Source: the human T2T-CHM13v2.0 reference genome, Homo sapiens. From it: a stretch of 64,000 nt of DNA. The DNA lies in NCBI RefSeq assembly GCF_009914755.1, contig NC_060931.1; one strand, 5' to 3'. The position numbers and the translations under genes were made by a program. This document shows positions 51,615 through 64,000 of this stretch, in pieces. The notes under the pieces were generated by a model. The model was not told where the DNA came from and did not search any database. It was given only the letters and a program-made list of their open reading frames with translations. Each line of letters starts with the position of its first letter. Position 1 is the stretch's first letter.

Positions 51615-52220
51615 CCTTCTGCCACAGACCTGCTGTGTGAACTCAGACAAGTCATTTAACTTTTCTCAATCATTGTTTCCTCATCTGTAAGACAGGGATC
51701 ATAAAGACCTGCCTAGTAGATTAATTAAGCGAGATAATAAATGCCATGCTGGATCCAGCCCTGCCTGCCTCTCCAAACTCATCCTGTGCTAGTCTACACT
51801 TATTTCTAATGTTCTGGCTTTCCCATCTTTCTTTCCATTCCTGGCATACATAATGTTCTTTCTGACCTCATAATTTTTGGTGTGCAGTTCTCTCTATCTG
51901 GATAGGTCTCTTCTCATTATTTTTGATCTGGTTAATTCCTACCTTTTAATCAGTTCTCAGATTAAATATAACTTCCTTAGTTAAACCATTCTAATCTCCC
52001 TCATTTATTTAAATTACAGGCCCTTTATTATTTCTTGCATATAGCCCTTGTAAGTAATAATTTATCTTTCTTTGATTATTAGTTTAATCTCTATTTTCCA
52101 TGATCAGATATTATGCATATAAGAACAAGAACCTATGTTTTTTTCATTTATCATTGCACATTGAGAGCCTTTAGAGTACTTAACATAATAGTTTCTCAGT
52201 ACATATTTTTGAATGAATAT
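51615..52220 (+). mobile_element. MIR fragment (~51615-51745) followed by an L2 3' end (~51745-52220)
   Basis: acaagtcatttaac...tttcctcatctgtaa; L2 terminus ...tatttttgaatgaat. Confidence 0.65.
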
Positions 52221-52321
52221 GTAATCTACTTATCATATATTCTATAAATAGTAGTTTCCTTTTGTTTCTCCTCAATATGTTATCAGTTCACTGGTTTGTA
52301 TGATGGTAGATCCATCATTAG

Positions 52322-52657
52322 TGATATGGTTTGGCTGTGCCTCCACCCAAATCTCACCTTGAATTGTAGCTCCCCTGGTGGGAGGTAACTAAATCACAGG
52401 GGTGGGTTTTCCCATGTTGTTCTTATGATAGTGAATAAGTCTCACGAAATCTGATGGTTTTATAAGGGAGAGTTCCCCTGCACATGCTCTCTTGTCTGCT
52501 GCCATGTAAGATGTGACTTTGCTCCTCATTTGCCTTCTTCCTTGATTGTGAGGCCTCTCCAGTGATGTGGAACTGTGAATCAATTAAACCCCTTTCCTTT
52601 ATAAATTACCTATTCATGGGTATGTCTTTATTGCAGCAGTGGGAACAGACTAATACT
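52322..52657 (+). mobile_element. THE1 (MaLR) LTR with a short 5' internal deletion
   Basis: tgatatggtttggctgtg...gaattgtagctccc|ctggtgggaggtaa...gaacagactaatact, followed by gtaaatt. Confidence 0.92.
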
Positions 52658-53340
52658 GTAAATTAATCTAGCTTCTCTCTTGTCCTTCCATTTTATCACT
52701 CTACTTCCATACTACTTATGCATTGGTACTGTATCTCTCTAATCACTGTAACACTTTTAAGTGTCTTGAAATATAAATCTTTTTACTTCATTCACTAGCT
52801 TGCTCTGAAACAAGTGACTCTACTCAAAATAGAAAGAATAAAATTTTGGAATTTGTTTAACAAGGGAAGCTTCCCCATTTGGAGTGAGACCGTGGGACAT
52901 GAGACAGCTTCGGACTGTGGGAAGGGCTCACAGTTTAATATTAGAGGAGGTGTTTTGAATTTCTCTTTCAACACCAGATTGCCTTATTAAGTAATTTAAA
53001 CTTCCGAAACTTAATTTCCTTATCTGAAGAATTTTAAGGGTCACATAGAATAACGTATTAAAAAGTTAAATTATAAAAGGCCATTACAAGGCTTACAAAG
53101 GTCATCAGTTGTAACTTGGCAGGATTAGGTACTTATCAGGCTCTGCCACCAGATTATAAGCCAGTTTAGGGCAAAGTCTTTACTCATTATTTTGTCTTCC
53201 CTAGTTCTTGCTCTTCATTTGTTTAATGGTGATAACAATATCTAACTTATAGATCTCATGAACACATTTTATGGAAAGCATTATCCTACAGTAGGTAACT
53301 TTTCTTTTTCTTCTTTTACCACTATCCCATACCATGGGAC

Positions 53341-53402
53341 ACATACTACATCTTACATATTACATCTTACATACTACATCTTACATACTACATCTTACAT
53401 AC
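53341..53402 (+). repeat. 14-bp minisatellite (ACATACTACATCTT) x ~4.4
   Basis: Units start at 53341, 53355, 53369, 53383 and 53397 (partial); one mismatch in total. Confidence 0.9.
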
Positions 53403-53769
53403 ACATTTATGTATGACCATAATGTGATCTGTCAGTTTATAAATCATACATCCATTAGTTGTGATATCAGGCTTCAAAAAAAGTAATGACTTCCCTCTTA
53501 AATGTTTATAACATTTGACCATTTAATAACTCTAGAGATTAAACTGATTAAGTGATTTTCCCAGAAGCATAAAGCTAATCTTATAGAAATCAAAATGACT
53601 GAAACCCAGGCCTCATCTCCCTTGGTTTTGTAATTCTTTCTCCAACCATGGCCGCTTATAGTGCTACCAGAAGGTACATAATGGGAATTTTATTTTGTGC
53701 CTTTTATTCTAATTTGTATGTTTTTGGTCTTCTGAAGGCTAATCGAGGACTTGCCTCTTTCATGTTCGC

Positions 53770-53960
53770 CTTCATATAGGAATTTCTGACCTAGATCAAT
53801 CACCTATAGCTGTGGAACCAAGAATAAATCTACATTGAGTTTCTACATCTGTAAAATGGGCACAATGGTAGGACTCATGTCAAAGCTTCTGAGGGTTAAA
53901 TGAGATAATCTCTGTATCAGACTGTGTACAGTTTCTGGAAGATAGTAAGAGCTCAATAAA
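53770..53960 (+). mobile_element. MIR
   Basis: gtttctacatctgtaaaatggg...gagggttaaatgagataat...gatagtaagagctcaataaa. Confidence 0.75.
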
Positions 53961-56900
53961 AACAGCTAATGCCATTGCTTCTGTTAAGATGATGGGTTTT
54001 GTAACTGTCAACTTCATCTTTTAGCAGCCTACTGAACTTCAACAACTCTGTTTTGAATTCTGCAGTAAGTTCTCTTAATGTCCCAATACTAATTGTGGTT
54101 GAAGAGTCTTTGGACTCAAACCTTTCAGAGGCAGATAATTTTGTTCCTTGCATTTGCAAATCATCACGTATGGGGCTCTGATAGATGGGATGTGATTACA
54201 AGATTCGTGTCCAAGAGAATTTCATGTGATTGGCTGTTTCGTTGTCAGGGCTGTGACGGAAGGGTAAAATAACAGCAACGTCTGTCCCCACGTGCTGGGG
54301 AAGATTCGGCCTATCTAGGGATGTTCTCTTCCTTCTTCAGTGTTCTATACAGAACTCTCTGGAAAGGGGGTGGCCTTCTCATATCGAAAAGGACCCTTCT
54401 TCATTCTAGGGAGTCTGAATTTTCATAGCACCATTGAGTTATCTTTTCCAGTTCCAGAAAATTCTGGTGGTATAATACAGGGGATCAAGCTACTAACCAC
54501 AATGAACAAAGAGAAAGGAACTAAAATTTACTAAGTGTGTATGATGTGCCAGGTACTTCACTTGGGTAGTTTAGAGCTATTCTCACATTTAGTGTCACCA
54601 ACTCCACTGAAGTCTGACTGGGGCTAATGGTTGAGTGGGTGGTGCTCTTACTATTAAACGGTTGATTCATTCATGAGACCCTGGGCTGTGCAGACTGAAC
54701 ATTTTCTTAGCCAACATTGGCCCATCTGAAAATAATGGGCAAATATTAGGATACTGTGATTTAGAAAGAAAAGCTCAAGATTCCTGCTTTGCTATTCCAT
54801 TTGACAAAACTACTCAGACTCATGGCATATTAGTATTATGAATGACATGTTGAAAGGACCTGCCTTAACATACCCTTAATTCCCTTAGCTGGACATTTAA
54901 CCTCCACCAACAAATTCAAACCTGCTCTCAGTTAAGGGACCAATTTAATGGATGTATCAGGAGAATTTCTCTGCATCTCAATAGCTTTGCTGGGTCATGT
55001 TTTGGTCTGATGCCCTGGTTCAAGGTAAATTGGTTCTTGATTTAATTAAGCCAAACAAATCTTACTCTATTGAGCCTATGTCTTGGTCCCTCCAACACTC
55101 AAGTTCTGCGGTATCTTCAGTGGAAAAGCCAGAGGCTATTGTATTCCTGAGTCCCAGCCTTAAAAGGAGTGTCCTTCAGTATCCTACTGACTTAGTCTGG
55201 CTCTTTGAAATATCCTCTCAAGGCATGTGCTTGATTTGTGCATTCAAAGTCCACAATTTTCCAAACCAAATATTTAAATGCTTTTCTGCTAATAAAAAAT
55301 AATTTCATGAATGCTACTTAGAGGGAAATTAACCAAATCATTCTGGCAGTAATTCAGATTAATTTTAAAAAACACAGGAGAGATTAAAAGAATGCATGAA
55401 TGGTAATCTAATGAGTACAGAAATTACTAGACTAACTTAAATCCATGTATTCCAATGTTACAGTAGGAGGTCTGGGGAGTTGCAGAGAAATAGCTGCTTG
55501 TAGTTACACATACACAGGCTGTTTTTTTTTTTTTTAAGCAAATTGTAAATTTAATTAGCTGATTACAACTTTGTAACCAAATTGTTTACTTGGTACTTCA
55601 TAGAAAGGAGTATAGTTTTCATTCTCATTTAACCTTCTCTGAGTGAAGGAATGTGGAAGTGATGATTCATTTTTTGTGGTCCTACATTTATAACTGGGGA
55701 GCGCTTTGCTTCCTGTGAAGCAGATCGGTTCCAATGTTTGTGGGAACATTTTGACTACAACTGTTTCCTAGTATAAAAATCTGTGTTATAAAATGTGAGA
55801 ATCACTGTTTTCTATGTAAGATGTCAATAGTTTTAAAATGGCAATAAATATTTAAGGGGGAAGGAGACAAAATATTTAAGTGATTCTAAAGCTTGATATC
55901 CCAAGCGATATAATTTAATCACAACAGCCCCACCTTCCAGGTCTTTAATGTTTTACCAAATACATTTTATGAATAAATATTAGCCAAGTACTTCTGGTGT
56001 TTGTGATTAAATATTAACAGGGTTATTTTTACAAAATGCATAAGAACATTTCACAGGACTGTGTCTATGAATGTAAATAGGTTGACAGACATTTTGACAG
56101 ATGCTTATGATTTCTTGTAGTGACACCTGCGACACCTGCTTTGGTTATTATTTACTATTAGAAAAACATTTTTTTTTGCCTAATGTTCACCAGTTGCCTT
56201 CTTCCTCATCAGTGTAGCTTGTAGTTTATTATCCTCTGAAAATGTAATTTTACCAGAGCAATGAATAAAAAATTTTGTAATTTATACTAATAAGCTTGAA
56301 CGGGAATCCACTTGCTTTGGACATTTCCAGCCAGGCATAATTTATCCCTATCCTTGGCTGTGAAACAGTGCGGATTTTCTTAACTGAGTCCCTGACAGAT
56401 GGTTTCAGTGTTTTCAGGACTCCATTTCCAATCATTTTGCCCATATTGCAAAATTGGCCTTGAAAAAGGGTAAAGAGTTGTTATGCTGCATTAACATCCC
56501 TTCAGAATTGCTTGCTGTGAAGGGCATGAAGAAATGAAGGAAATCAAGACAGTAAGGTTTGAAAAATATGCTCCCGGAAGTTAGAAATGTTAGTGACATA
56601 TTGATAATCCCAGATTACATCACGATCTCCATTTGATTTTGATTGTAAATCTCAAAGACACATTAAATACACTAGTAAAAACACAAATATTCAGTTAGTG
56701 TGGCTCATAAGCCATTCTGATGGTATTCATAATGTGGAAAGCTAGAAAGGGCTATCGTTTAGGCTGGCTTCCCATCATCTTAAATCCTGCTGATAGGTAC
56801 CACCACGGACTGTTAGATGAACAGGGATTCTCACAGTACTTTTCAAGTCTTGCTACCAGCTCATGATGAAAGCACTGAAATATCTACATTCATTTTCCAA

Positions 56901-57419
56901 GAAACATGAATTGATCACATTCAGCATGCCAAATTTTCATTTTCTTTTGCAGCTTCAGCTGACTGACTTCTTCATCTAAAGTGCTGTTCTTTTCTTTTCG
57001 TCGCCTTTTAGTTTATGATCAAAATCAATGAGGACTGAAGCTTTCCACAGCCATCTATAAAATGCAATTACTGTATACAACACACAGTAAAACTCCTGTG
57101 GTGTGTATGTTGAGACATAATTTATGCCACTTACCTCCAGAGGTATCGATCTTTTTCTGTGAATGTTTTACAAAAGGGTCTCTTGAGTGCAAGCACAAGG
57201 AAATATGTGGCCATTGGAGCTGATCTATAATTTGATTAATAATGACCAATCTTTTGAACTTGACTCCTTACTGCACTTTTATTGTGATCCGACATTAGAA
57301 TTTTAGATTTTTTCCTTTTGTCATTCTTTCCAGAAGCATAGTTATTCCTACGTTTTGACGTGCTAATCTTGTTACTTGCCTTATCCATGATGTCACTCTT
57401 ATTAAGTTTGGCAGCACTA

Positions 57420-57712
57420 CAGGGTGATGAATACTAAATTTGGAGTCAGAAGATCTGAGTTTGCTTTTGATTTAGCCATGTAAGAGCTGTGTGATTGTAG
57501 GTGCACTGCTTACATACCTGAGTCTCAGTTTTAAACTCTGCAAAATAGAAACAATAATCCATTTCAGGGGATGCTGTTTTCTGAGGAGTAAATAAGATAT
57601 TTATTTATTCAACAAATGTTTATCAACTAGGCCTTTTGACAGGTTTTGGGGGACACAATGGTGAATAAAACACACATGATTGCTGACTTCATGGAGCTTA
57701 CACAATCAACTG
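57420..57712. mobile_element. MIR (+, ~57420-57600) abutting an L2 3' end (-, ~57600-57712)
   Basis: tttggagtcagaagatctgagttt...tctcagttt; ttattcaacaaatgtttat...cttcatggagcttaca. Confidence 0.7.
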
Positions 57713-59263
57713 GTATGTAAATAAACTTCATATGCTTTAATATGTTATACACATGGAAGATGGCGCCATCATCATCACTGCTATGACACATTGTGGTTGT
57801 TGTCATGCCTGAGAGTGGAAAGCACAATAATGCTGATGCTGTTTCTGACAGTGGGTCCCATTGGTGGAGGGAGCACTTAGAACTAATGCCATGGAAATTG
57901 TTCTGAAACTGCACAATGAGCCTTCTTAATGCTCCAAAGCTTAGCATTTACTAGTTTATCCCCTTAAGTTTGGCTGGAAACTCTCTTTATTGATTATTTT
58001 CCTTGTAGCCAGAGTGTTCTAAGTGAAAGAGACAGAAAGAAAAAGAAGGAAAGGCCTTTTCTTTTGACTCTCCTAAAATGTAATCTATTAGAGTCAATGA
58101 GCACAGGAAGTTCATTTTCAAAGAACAAACCTTCCTGATTCATCCACGGTCCCTCAGGATCTTATCTTGGGGCAGCATGTGATGAATAATCCACTCTCCT
58201 CTCGACTATCTTTGTGAGGCAGGGTAAATTTGTGATTAAGGGGTTGTGGCCCTTTGACCTAGAATATATTTGCCATTGCCAGGGTTATATTATGGGATTT
58301 TCTGCCCCCCAAATAATGTGAGGATAATGGTTAGTTCACCTGAAGGAATGTCTCCTGTTAAGGCTCTGTACCAGCCATGGAAGGAAGTATGTTTTAAATT
58401 ACTTGCAATTTTAACCCTATAGCTCTGGCTATTTCATCACGGCTGGAGGAAATGTAGGGTTCAAACTCAGTACTTCGCTGGCATAGAAAATGGCAGCAGG
58501 TAAGTAATTGGTATATCAGACTGCCTTATGCTTTGACTTTGCTTACTGCTGTGCCCAGAATCTCATACTTTGCTGGAACATTTGGACTATGTGAAGAAAG
58601 AACATTTTGTCCTGCTAGAATGAGAGAACAGCTCAGGCTAATTTACCTTGAGCAGAAAACTGGAGAGTAGTATTAAACTTCATTGTTATATGACTACAAT
58701 ATATTTTCTCTCCTTGACCTGGAGTAAATGTCCACTTACGGGATTAGAAGAAAATTAATTGCCTACTTTTAGCTCACTGAAGTCAGGGACATAATAAAAT
58801 GTTCATGTATCTGTGATCAGAAAGATTGTATTGTCAAGAAAATGTTCCAGTGGCACATGGCCACTTTTTGTCTTAAGCACAAAAGTCTGGAAGAAACCAC
58901 TTCTAGTCAGATGCGATACTTGTGAGTACATGAAAAGTTAGCTCTTTCTCTCTCGGTCTCATTTTCTGTAAGTTTTAAGTGCCAGGAAAAACATGGGTAC
59001 TATTGGGCTAAGATCCATGGGATGGGATATTTTATCATGTTTTTGTTCACTCAAATAAGAAAAGGGATCCAAAAAATAAAATGAGGGTAAGCTTAAGAAG
59101 AAGTTAGTTGATTTTTATAATCATGTTTTAAATTAGAAAAGTTCTTTCTTATGTATAGTATCCTAGATTTTTTCCGTCTCAGGATATTGAAGGCCTTTAC
59201 TGGGAATCAAGCTGTCAGCAGGCTCACAGGGAGGTACTACTTGTCACACTCTGTTTTCTAACT

Positions 59264-59330
59264 TGATTTTTCAAATTAGATTTCTTGATTTTTCATAGTA
59301 GAGTGATTTTTCATAGGAGAATGATTTTTT
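59264..59330 (+). repeat. Degenerate ~18-bp tandem repeat (TGATTTTTCATAG...)
   Basis: tgatttttca at 59264, 59286 and 59304; tgattttt at 59322. Confidence 0.65.
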
Positions 59331-59959
59331 TTGGCAGAAAGGCATAATTTCTTATGTAAATTTTTATTCCTGCAGAGGAAAAGGAATTAATTTTCATTGA
59401 CTATACAGAATGTGATAAATCCCATGATTAGCATGTTACACATATTTTTCAATTTTTATCTCTTTGTATCCACCTGTGAGATAGGTAGTATCTTTTTCTT
59501 TTTTACTGCTGCGGGAATTAGGAGTTAACTTAGTTTTTCTGCAACCTTATTTGACATCAGTAAGGCTCAGTTTCTCATTTGTGAAGTGACGCTGATCATG
59601 CCTTCTTCATAGATATTTAATGATATAATGTGTGTAGAGTGAAGATCACAATCACATAGTAACAGTTTCAGAAAATTGTTGCTTTTTAAAATTTTCATTA
59701 TTATTACTATCATATTTTTCCCTACCTCCAAATACCTTGACAATGCCAATAATGGAGTCAATCATCTGAATGGTGTATCTTTGTGCAGTACAACCAATTG
59801 GTTCTATCGAGTTGACAGAATTATCCTGAACTTAAGTCACTGCATTAATTGTTCTTATTCCAGGTACACATAATTTCATGGATGAATCTGCATATGCATA
59901 TAGAATACAACTCAACTGGTTTAGTGGTCTAGCTTTTATGGGCACAGAGTAATAGATTG

Positions 59960-60125
59960 TGGTGGTGAGAACATGATCCTAAGAGTCAGAGACCTGAGTT
60001 CTAATCCCAGAGGTACATCCTGATTGTACTCCCACTAAATGCTGTCTCTTGGTTAAGTTCATGCTTTTATTTCCTCATCTGTAAAATGGGGATAATATAG
60101 ATTTTTGTGAGGTTTAAAAAGGGAT
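59960..60125 (+). mobile_element. MIR
   Basis: gagtcagagacctgagttctaatcc...tttcctcatctgtaaaatggggataata. Confidence 0.75.
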
Positions 60126-60154
60126 GTTAAAATGGAAGTTTCAGCAAGATATCA

Positions 60155-60576
60155 TGGATTAGTTAGGTTTCTCCAGAGTAATAGAATCAATAGGAGATAG
60201 GTAATAGGTAGATAAGTAGATAGATAGGGATTTATTTTAGGAACTGGCTCAGTGATTGGGGGCACTGGCAAGTCTGGAGTTTGTAGGGCAGGTTGGTAGC
60301 CTGCCTACTAGGATTGATGTTGCAGTCTTGAATCTCAAGGTAGTCTGGTGGTAGAATCCTTTTTCCTCAGAAAACCTCATACTTTGCTCTTAAGGCCTTC
60401 AACTGATTTGATGAGACCCACCCACATTATGGAGAGTAATCAGCTTTAATCTAAGTCTACTGATTTAAAGATTAATCACATCTAAAAAATATTTTCACAG
60501 CAACATTGAGGCTTGTGTTTGACCAAACAACCGAACACCATGTTAGGTAAGTTGACACATAAAATTTGCCATCACA
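60155..60576 (-). mobile_element. MLT2 (ERVL) solo LTR
   Basis: attagttaggtttctccagag...ttaaggccttcaactgatt...cccacccacattatggag...aagttgacacataaaatttgccatcaca; possible TSD tatca/cacca. Confidence 0.88.
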
Positions 60577-61686
60577 CACCATGATGCCATGGATGAGAAA
60601 TTCTGAAGCTGGTTTTCTGTAGATTGACTTCATAGAGAATATGACTTAGAGCCAATTCCATACTTTTCTAGCATTTTTTTTCATATTCTAAAAATGTAAG
60701 AGGGTCTATGGAGAAGGAAGAGGAATGATTTAGGAGGAGATGTAACTGAAGAGAGGCATATTATTTTGTGGATATGCAGAGGAAGAAAGAAGTGGGATGG
60801 GTGTTACCTCCTCTGCCTCAAGCTTTGTGAATGAGATTTCTATAGGACCACTCAGAGAATCTGAAATATGTTCCTTGCATGTGGGAGAAAGACTTAGAGG
60901 ACTGGGGCTTACACAGGCATGGGAGTGGGGAATGGGCCTATGGCAGCAGGATAGACATGGCTGCCACGGTATTTGTTTGCATTCTTGGAATTTAGTGGGG
61001 CAGGCAAAGCATGTATTGTGTTTCTGGTGAATCACAGGAGAGAGAACTATTGTGGGCTTGTCATGGGTCTTTCTAATAGGGCCTCCTGAAGGCACAGAGG
61101 GTTCCTGTGGAAAGAACTTAAGTATGAGCACTGGATTTATAGGGGCTTAAGAGGGACTAGGTGGTAGCTAGTTTGAATGAAGTTATATCAAATGAGTGGC
61201 AGCATTAGGATTCTCCAAACAGCACACTAAAAGCCCACTGGAGAGTCAGCTTCAAAATCTGCCAGACCTGGAGAGTGCAAAGATTATTACAATAGTACCA
61301 TTTCATGTCGGGCCTTTCTTTACCCCTTACCTCTCTTCACACACACAAGACCCCTTCACCAATCTCAGAGGAGCTGGTGTGTGAAGGGTGAGCACAAGGT
61401 AGACAAATCCAGAAGCCAGGCATGTTCCTCTTTCCTTCCTCATTGTTTTCCATCCAGCTGGAGGAGAAAGAAGGCAGAAATTTTAACATTAAATAAAATT
61501 CAGACTTTTGATGAATATCATAATCTTGACACTCTAATTTCTAAACTGAGATTGTGTTCATAATTTACAGCAATAGTAATTGCAATTTAATATAATCCAA
61601 GAGTGGGCAGAAGAGCCTTGAGACCTGCCCAAGTCTTTAATTGGAGTCAATAAGAGACAAAAGAGAATTGTGTCATGAGTACTTGA

Positions 61687-61851
61687 AAATGGTTTTCAAA
61701 GGGTGGTCCCCAGACAGGCTACAGTAGCATCGCCTGGGAACATGTTAGAAATGCAACTTCTTGGGCCCCATCCCAGAACTCAGGGAGAGGGAGCTCAGCA
61801 ATTGCAAGCCCTTCAGGTGACTGTGAGGCATGCTTTACTTTGAGATAACTT
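61687..61851. mobile_element. MER5A (hAT-Charlie MITE)
   Basis: tggttttcaaagggtggtccccagac...gcatcgcctgggaacatgttagaaatgca...caagcccttcaggtga...tttgaga. Confidence 0.8.
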
Positions 61852-61986
61852 GTCCTAAAACAATGTCTCAATGTCTCACAAGAGAAAAGTAGTTTCCTTT
61901 TCTTATGCTCAGATATATCTATTTAATGACCCATGCTTCTCATAATAAATATAAAGGAGGTAGGTAGGTAAATAAAAACAGATTTT

Positions 61987-63091
61987 TTTAAAATTATACT
62001 TTAAGTTCTAGGGTACATGTTCACAATGTGCAGGTTTGTTACATATGTATACATGTGCCATGTTGGTGTGCTGCACCCATTAACTGGTCATTTACATTAG
62101 GTATATCTCCTAATGCTATCCCTCCCCTTACCCCATGACAGGCCCTGGTGTGTGATGTTCCCCACCCTGTGTCCGAGTGTTCTCATTGTTCAGTTCCCAC
62201 CTATGAGTGAGAACGTGCAGTGTTTGGTTTTCTGTCCTTGCGATAGTTTTCTCAGAATGATGGTTTCCAGCTTCATCCATGTCCCTACAAAGAACATGAA
62301 CTCATCCTTTATTACGGCTGCATAGTATTCCATGGTGTATATGTGCCACATTTTCTTAATCCACTGTATCATTGATGGACATTTGGGTTGGTTCCAAGTC
62401 TTTGCTATTGTGAATAGTGCAGCAATAAACATACGTGTACATGTGTCTTTATAGCAGCATGATTTATAATCCTTTGGGTATATACCCAGTAATGGGATGG
62501 CTGGGTCAAATGGTATTTCTAGTTCAAGATCCTTGAGGAATTGCCACACTGTCTTCCACAATGGTTGAACTAGTTTACAGTCCCACCAACAGTGTAAAAG
62601 TCTTCCTATTTCTCCACATCCTTTCCAGCACCTGTTGTTTCCTGACTTTTTAATGATCGCCATTCTAACTGGTGTGAGATGGTATCTCATTGTGGTTTTG
62701 ATTTGCATTTCTCTGATGGCCAGTGATGATGAGCATTTTTTCATGTGTCTTTTGGCTGCATAAATGTCTTCTTTTGAGAAGTATCTGCTCATATCCTTCC
62801 CCTACTTTTTGATGGGGTTGTTTGATTTTTTTCTTGTAAATTTGTTTAAGTTCTTTGTAGATTCTGGATATTAGCCCTTTGTCAGATGGGTAGATTGTAA
62901 AAATTTTCTCCCATTCTGTAGGTTGCCTGTTCACTGTGCTGGTAGTTTCTTTTGCTGTGCAGAAGCTCTTTAGTTTAATTAGATCCCATTTGTCAATTTT
63001 GGATTTTGTTGCCATTGCTTTGGTGTTTTAGTCATGAAGTCCTTGCCCATACCTATGTCCTGAATGGTATTGCCTAGGTTTTCTTCTAGGG
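61987..63091 (-). mobile_element. 5'-truncated primate L1 (L1PA4-7 type), 1.1 kb, antisense to NXPH1
   Basis: ORF2 C-terminus ([12 protein letters not shown]...[14 protein letters not shown]) with frameshifts, plus 3'UTR. 16-bp TSD aataaaaacagatttt (61971-61986) / aataacaacagatttt (63092-63107). Confidence 0.96.
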
Positions 63092-63109
63092 AATAACAAC
63101 AGATTTTAA

Positions 63110-63270
63110 CCTGTTTCCTTATAGCAGTAGTATTAAAACTGAAGTTTCCTCCTCTGTATGAGACAATCATAGGGCTCTGCTTATTTTGTGAGAATATTGA
63201 ATCAAATGAGCTAATATCTGTGAAAATGCTTTTTAAACCATGAAGCATTGTACACACGCAAGTTATTATT
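63110..63270 (+). mobile_element. MIR fragment
   Basis: gtttcctcctctgta...ttgtgagaatattgaatcaaatgagctaata. Confidence 0.55.
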
Positions 63271-64000
63271 ATTACAAGTACCTTATTTAGATGGACATCA
63301 GCTTCATTTTGAAAGGATATCCCTGGGGTTTGCTGATCATTTAACTTTCATTATCATACCTGTCAACCAGTTTCCACCGCTAACCAATTAAGTATCAGGC
63401 AGAAGAGCCAAATCAGAGGGGAAGATTGGTAAAATCAGTGCTGAATGCTTTAATTTCAGTGGGAAAAAGTAGAGTTGATAGATTTTTGTCTTGGCTGAAA
63501 TTGGATATTTAGAGTAACTTAATGACTACTGGTTTATCAGTCCCTCTATTTTTTCCCCCTACTTTTGAAAAGGTTTCTGCCAGTTCCATAGACCCAGCCT
63601 TGGATGAAGTTAATAAAATTTGCAAACCAGAAGGAATTTCAGGATGAGATTGATTGTTTTTGAAATCTCCACTTGTGGAAAGTTCTTTTCATATTGAAAA
63701 TAGTCTCTCATTTTTTTGTTCTTATTGGAACATCTCTTTTTCAGTTCTATTGGGAAATTATAGCATGATGGGTTTATAGATACTGATAATTGTGTGTTAC
63801 AAACTTCAGCATGCTAGCAGTCAATGAACACTCTATTTTCAGGACCTATTATGAGCAAAGTCCTAGGGGAAATATCTAATGTGTCCTTGTTCCAAGTTGT
63901 TCTAAGAGCTTAGTAAGAGGGATAAGATTTAGACCTAGGAAAGGGAAATGTGATGTCAGTCAAATAGAATGTAGGTTAGAGTTGGGTAGATAATGCATGA

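Noticed and set aside
50072-52657. Two same-orientation THE1 LTRs 1.8 kb apart, suggesting a full-length THE1 provirus
   Set aside because: The intervening DNA contains much older MIR and L2 fragments and does not resemble THE1-int; the LTRs differ in 5' structure and share no TSD.
54279-54300. Second RE1-like site on the minus strand (CAGCACGTGGGGACAG)
   Set aside because: Half-site spacing is one base longer than canonical and the left half is imperfect.
62190-63015. 200-aa and 116-aa minus-strand ORFs
   Set aside because: Frameshifted C-terminal remnants of L1 ORF2 in a 5'-truncated element, not a gene.

Overview
Human genomic DNA from the 5' part of NXPH1 (neurexophilin 1), gene on the + strand; the gene call and the 7p21 location come from my recognition of the peptide, not from a search. 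The window holds the 3' end of intron 1, exon 2 (695-858: 110 nt of 5'UTR plus codons 1-18, MQAACWYVLFLLQPTVYL) and the first ~63 kb of the very long intron 2. There is no other credible protein-coding sequence. The first ~9.5 kb is CpG-rich and regulatory, with a near-perfect RE1/NRSE, a CTCF motif, octamers, homeodomain sites and G4 motifs. The rest is AT-rich intron with Alu, L1, L2, MIR, THE1, MLT2 and hAT MITE remnants. I found no evidence of a new multi-gene system. The most notable observations are (1) short segments copied locally over 1-2 kb with microhomology junctions, (2) a uORF and an in-frame GTG in optimal context in the exon 2 leader, (3) a young AluYb-lineage insertion that forms a close inverted Alu pair, and (4) a twin-primed inverted L1. 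Coordinates of old repeats are approximate and subfamily names come from recalled consensus sequences.
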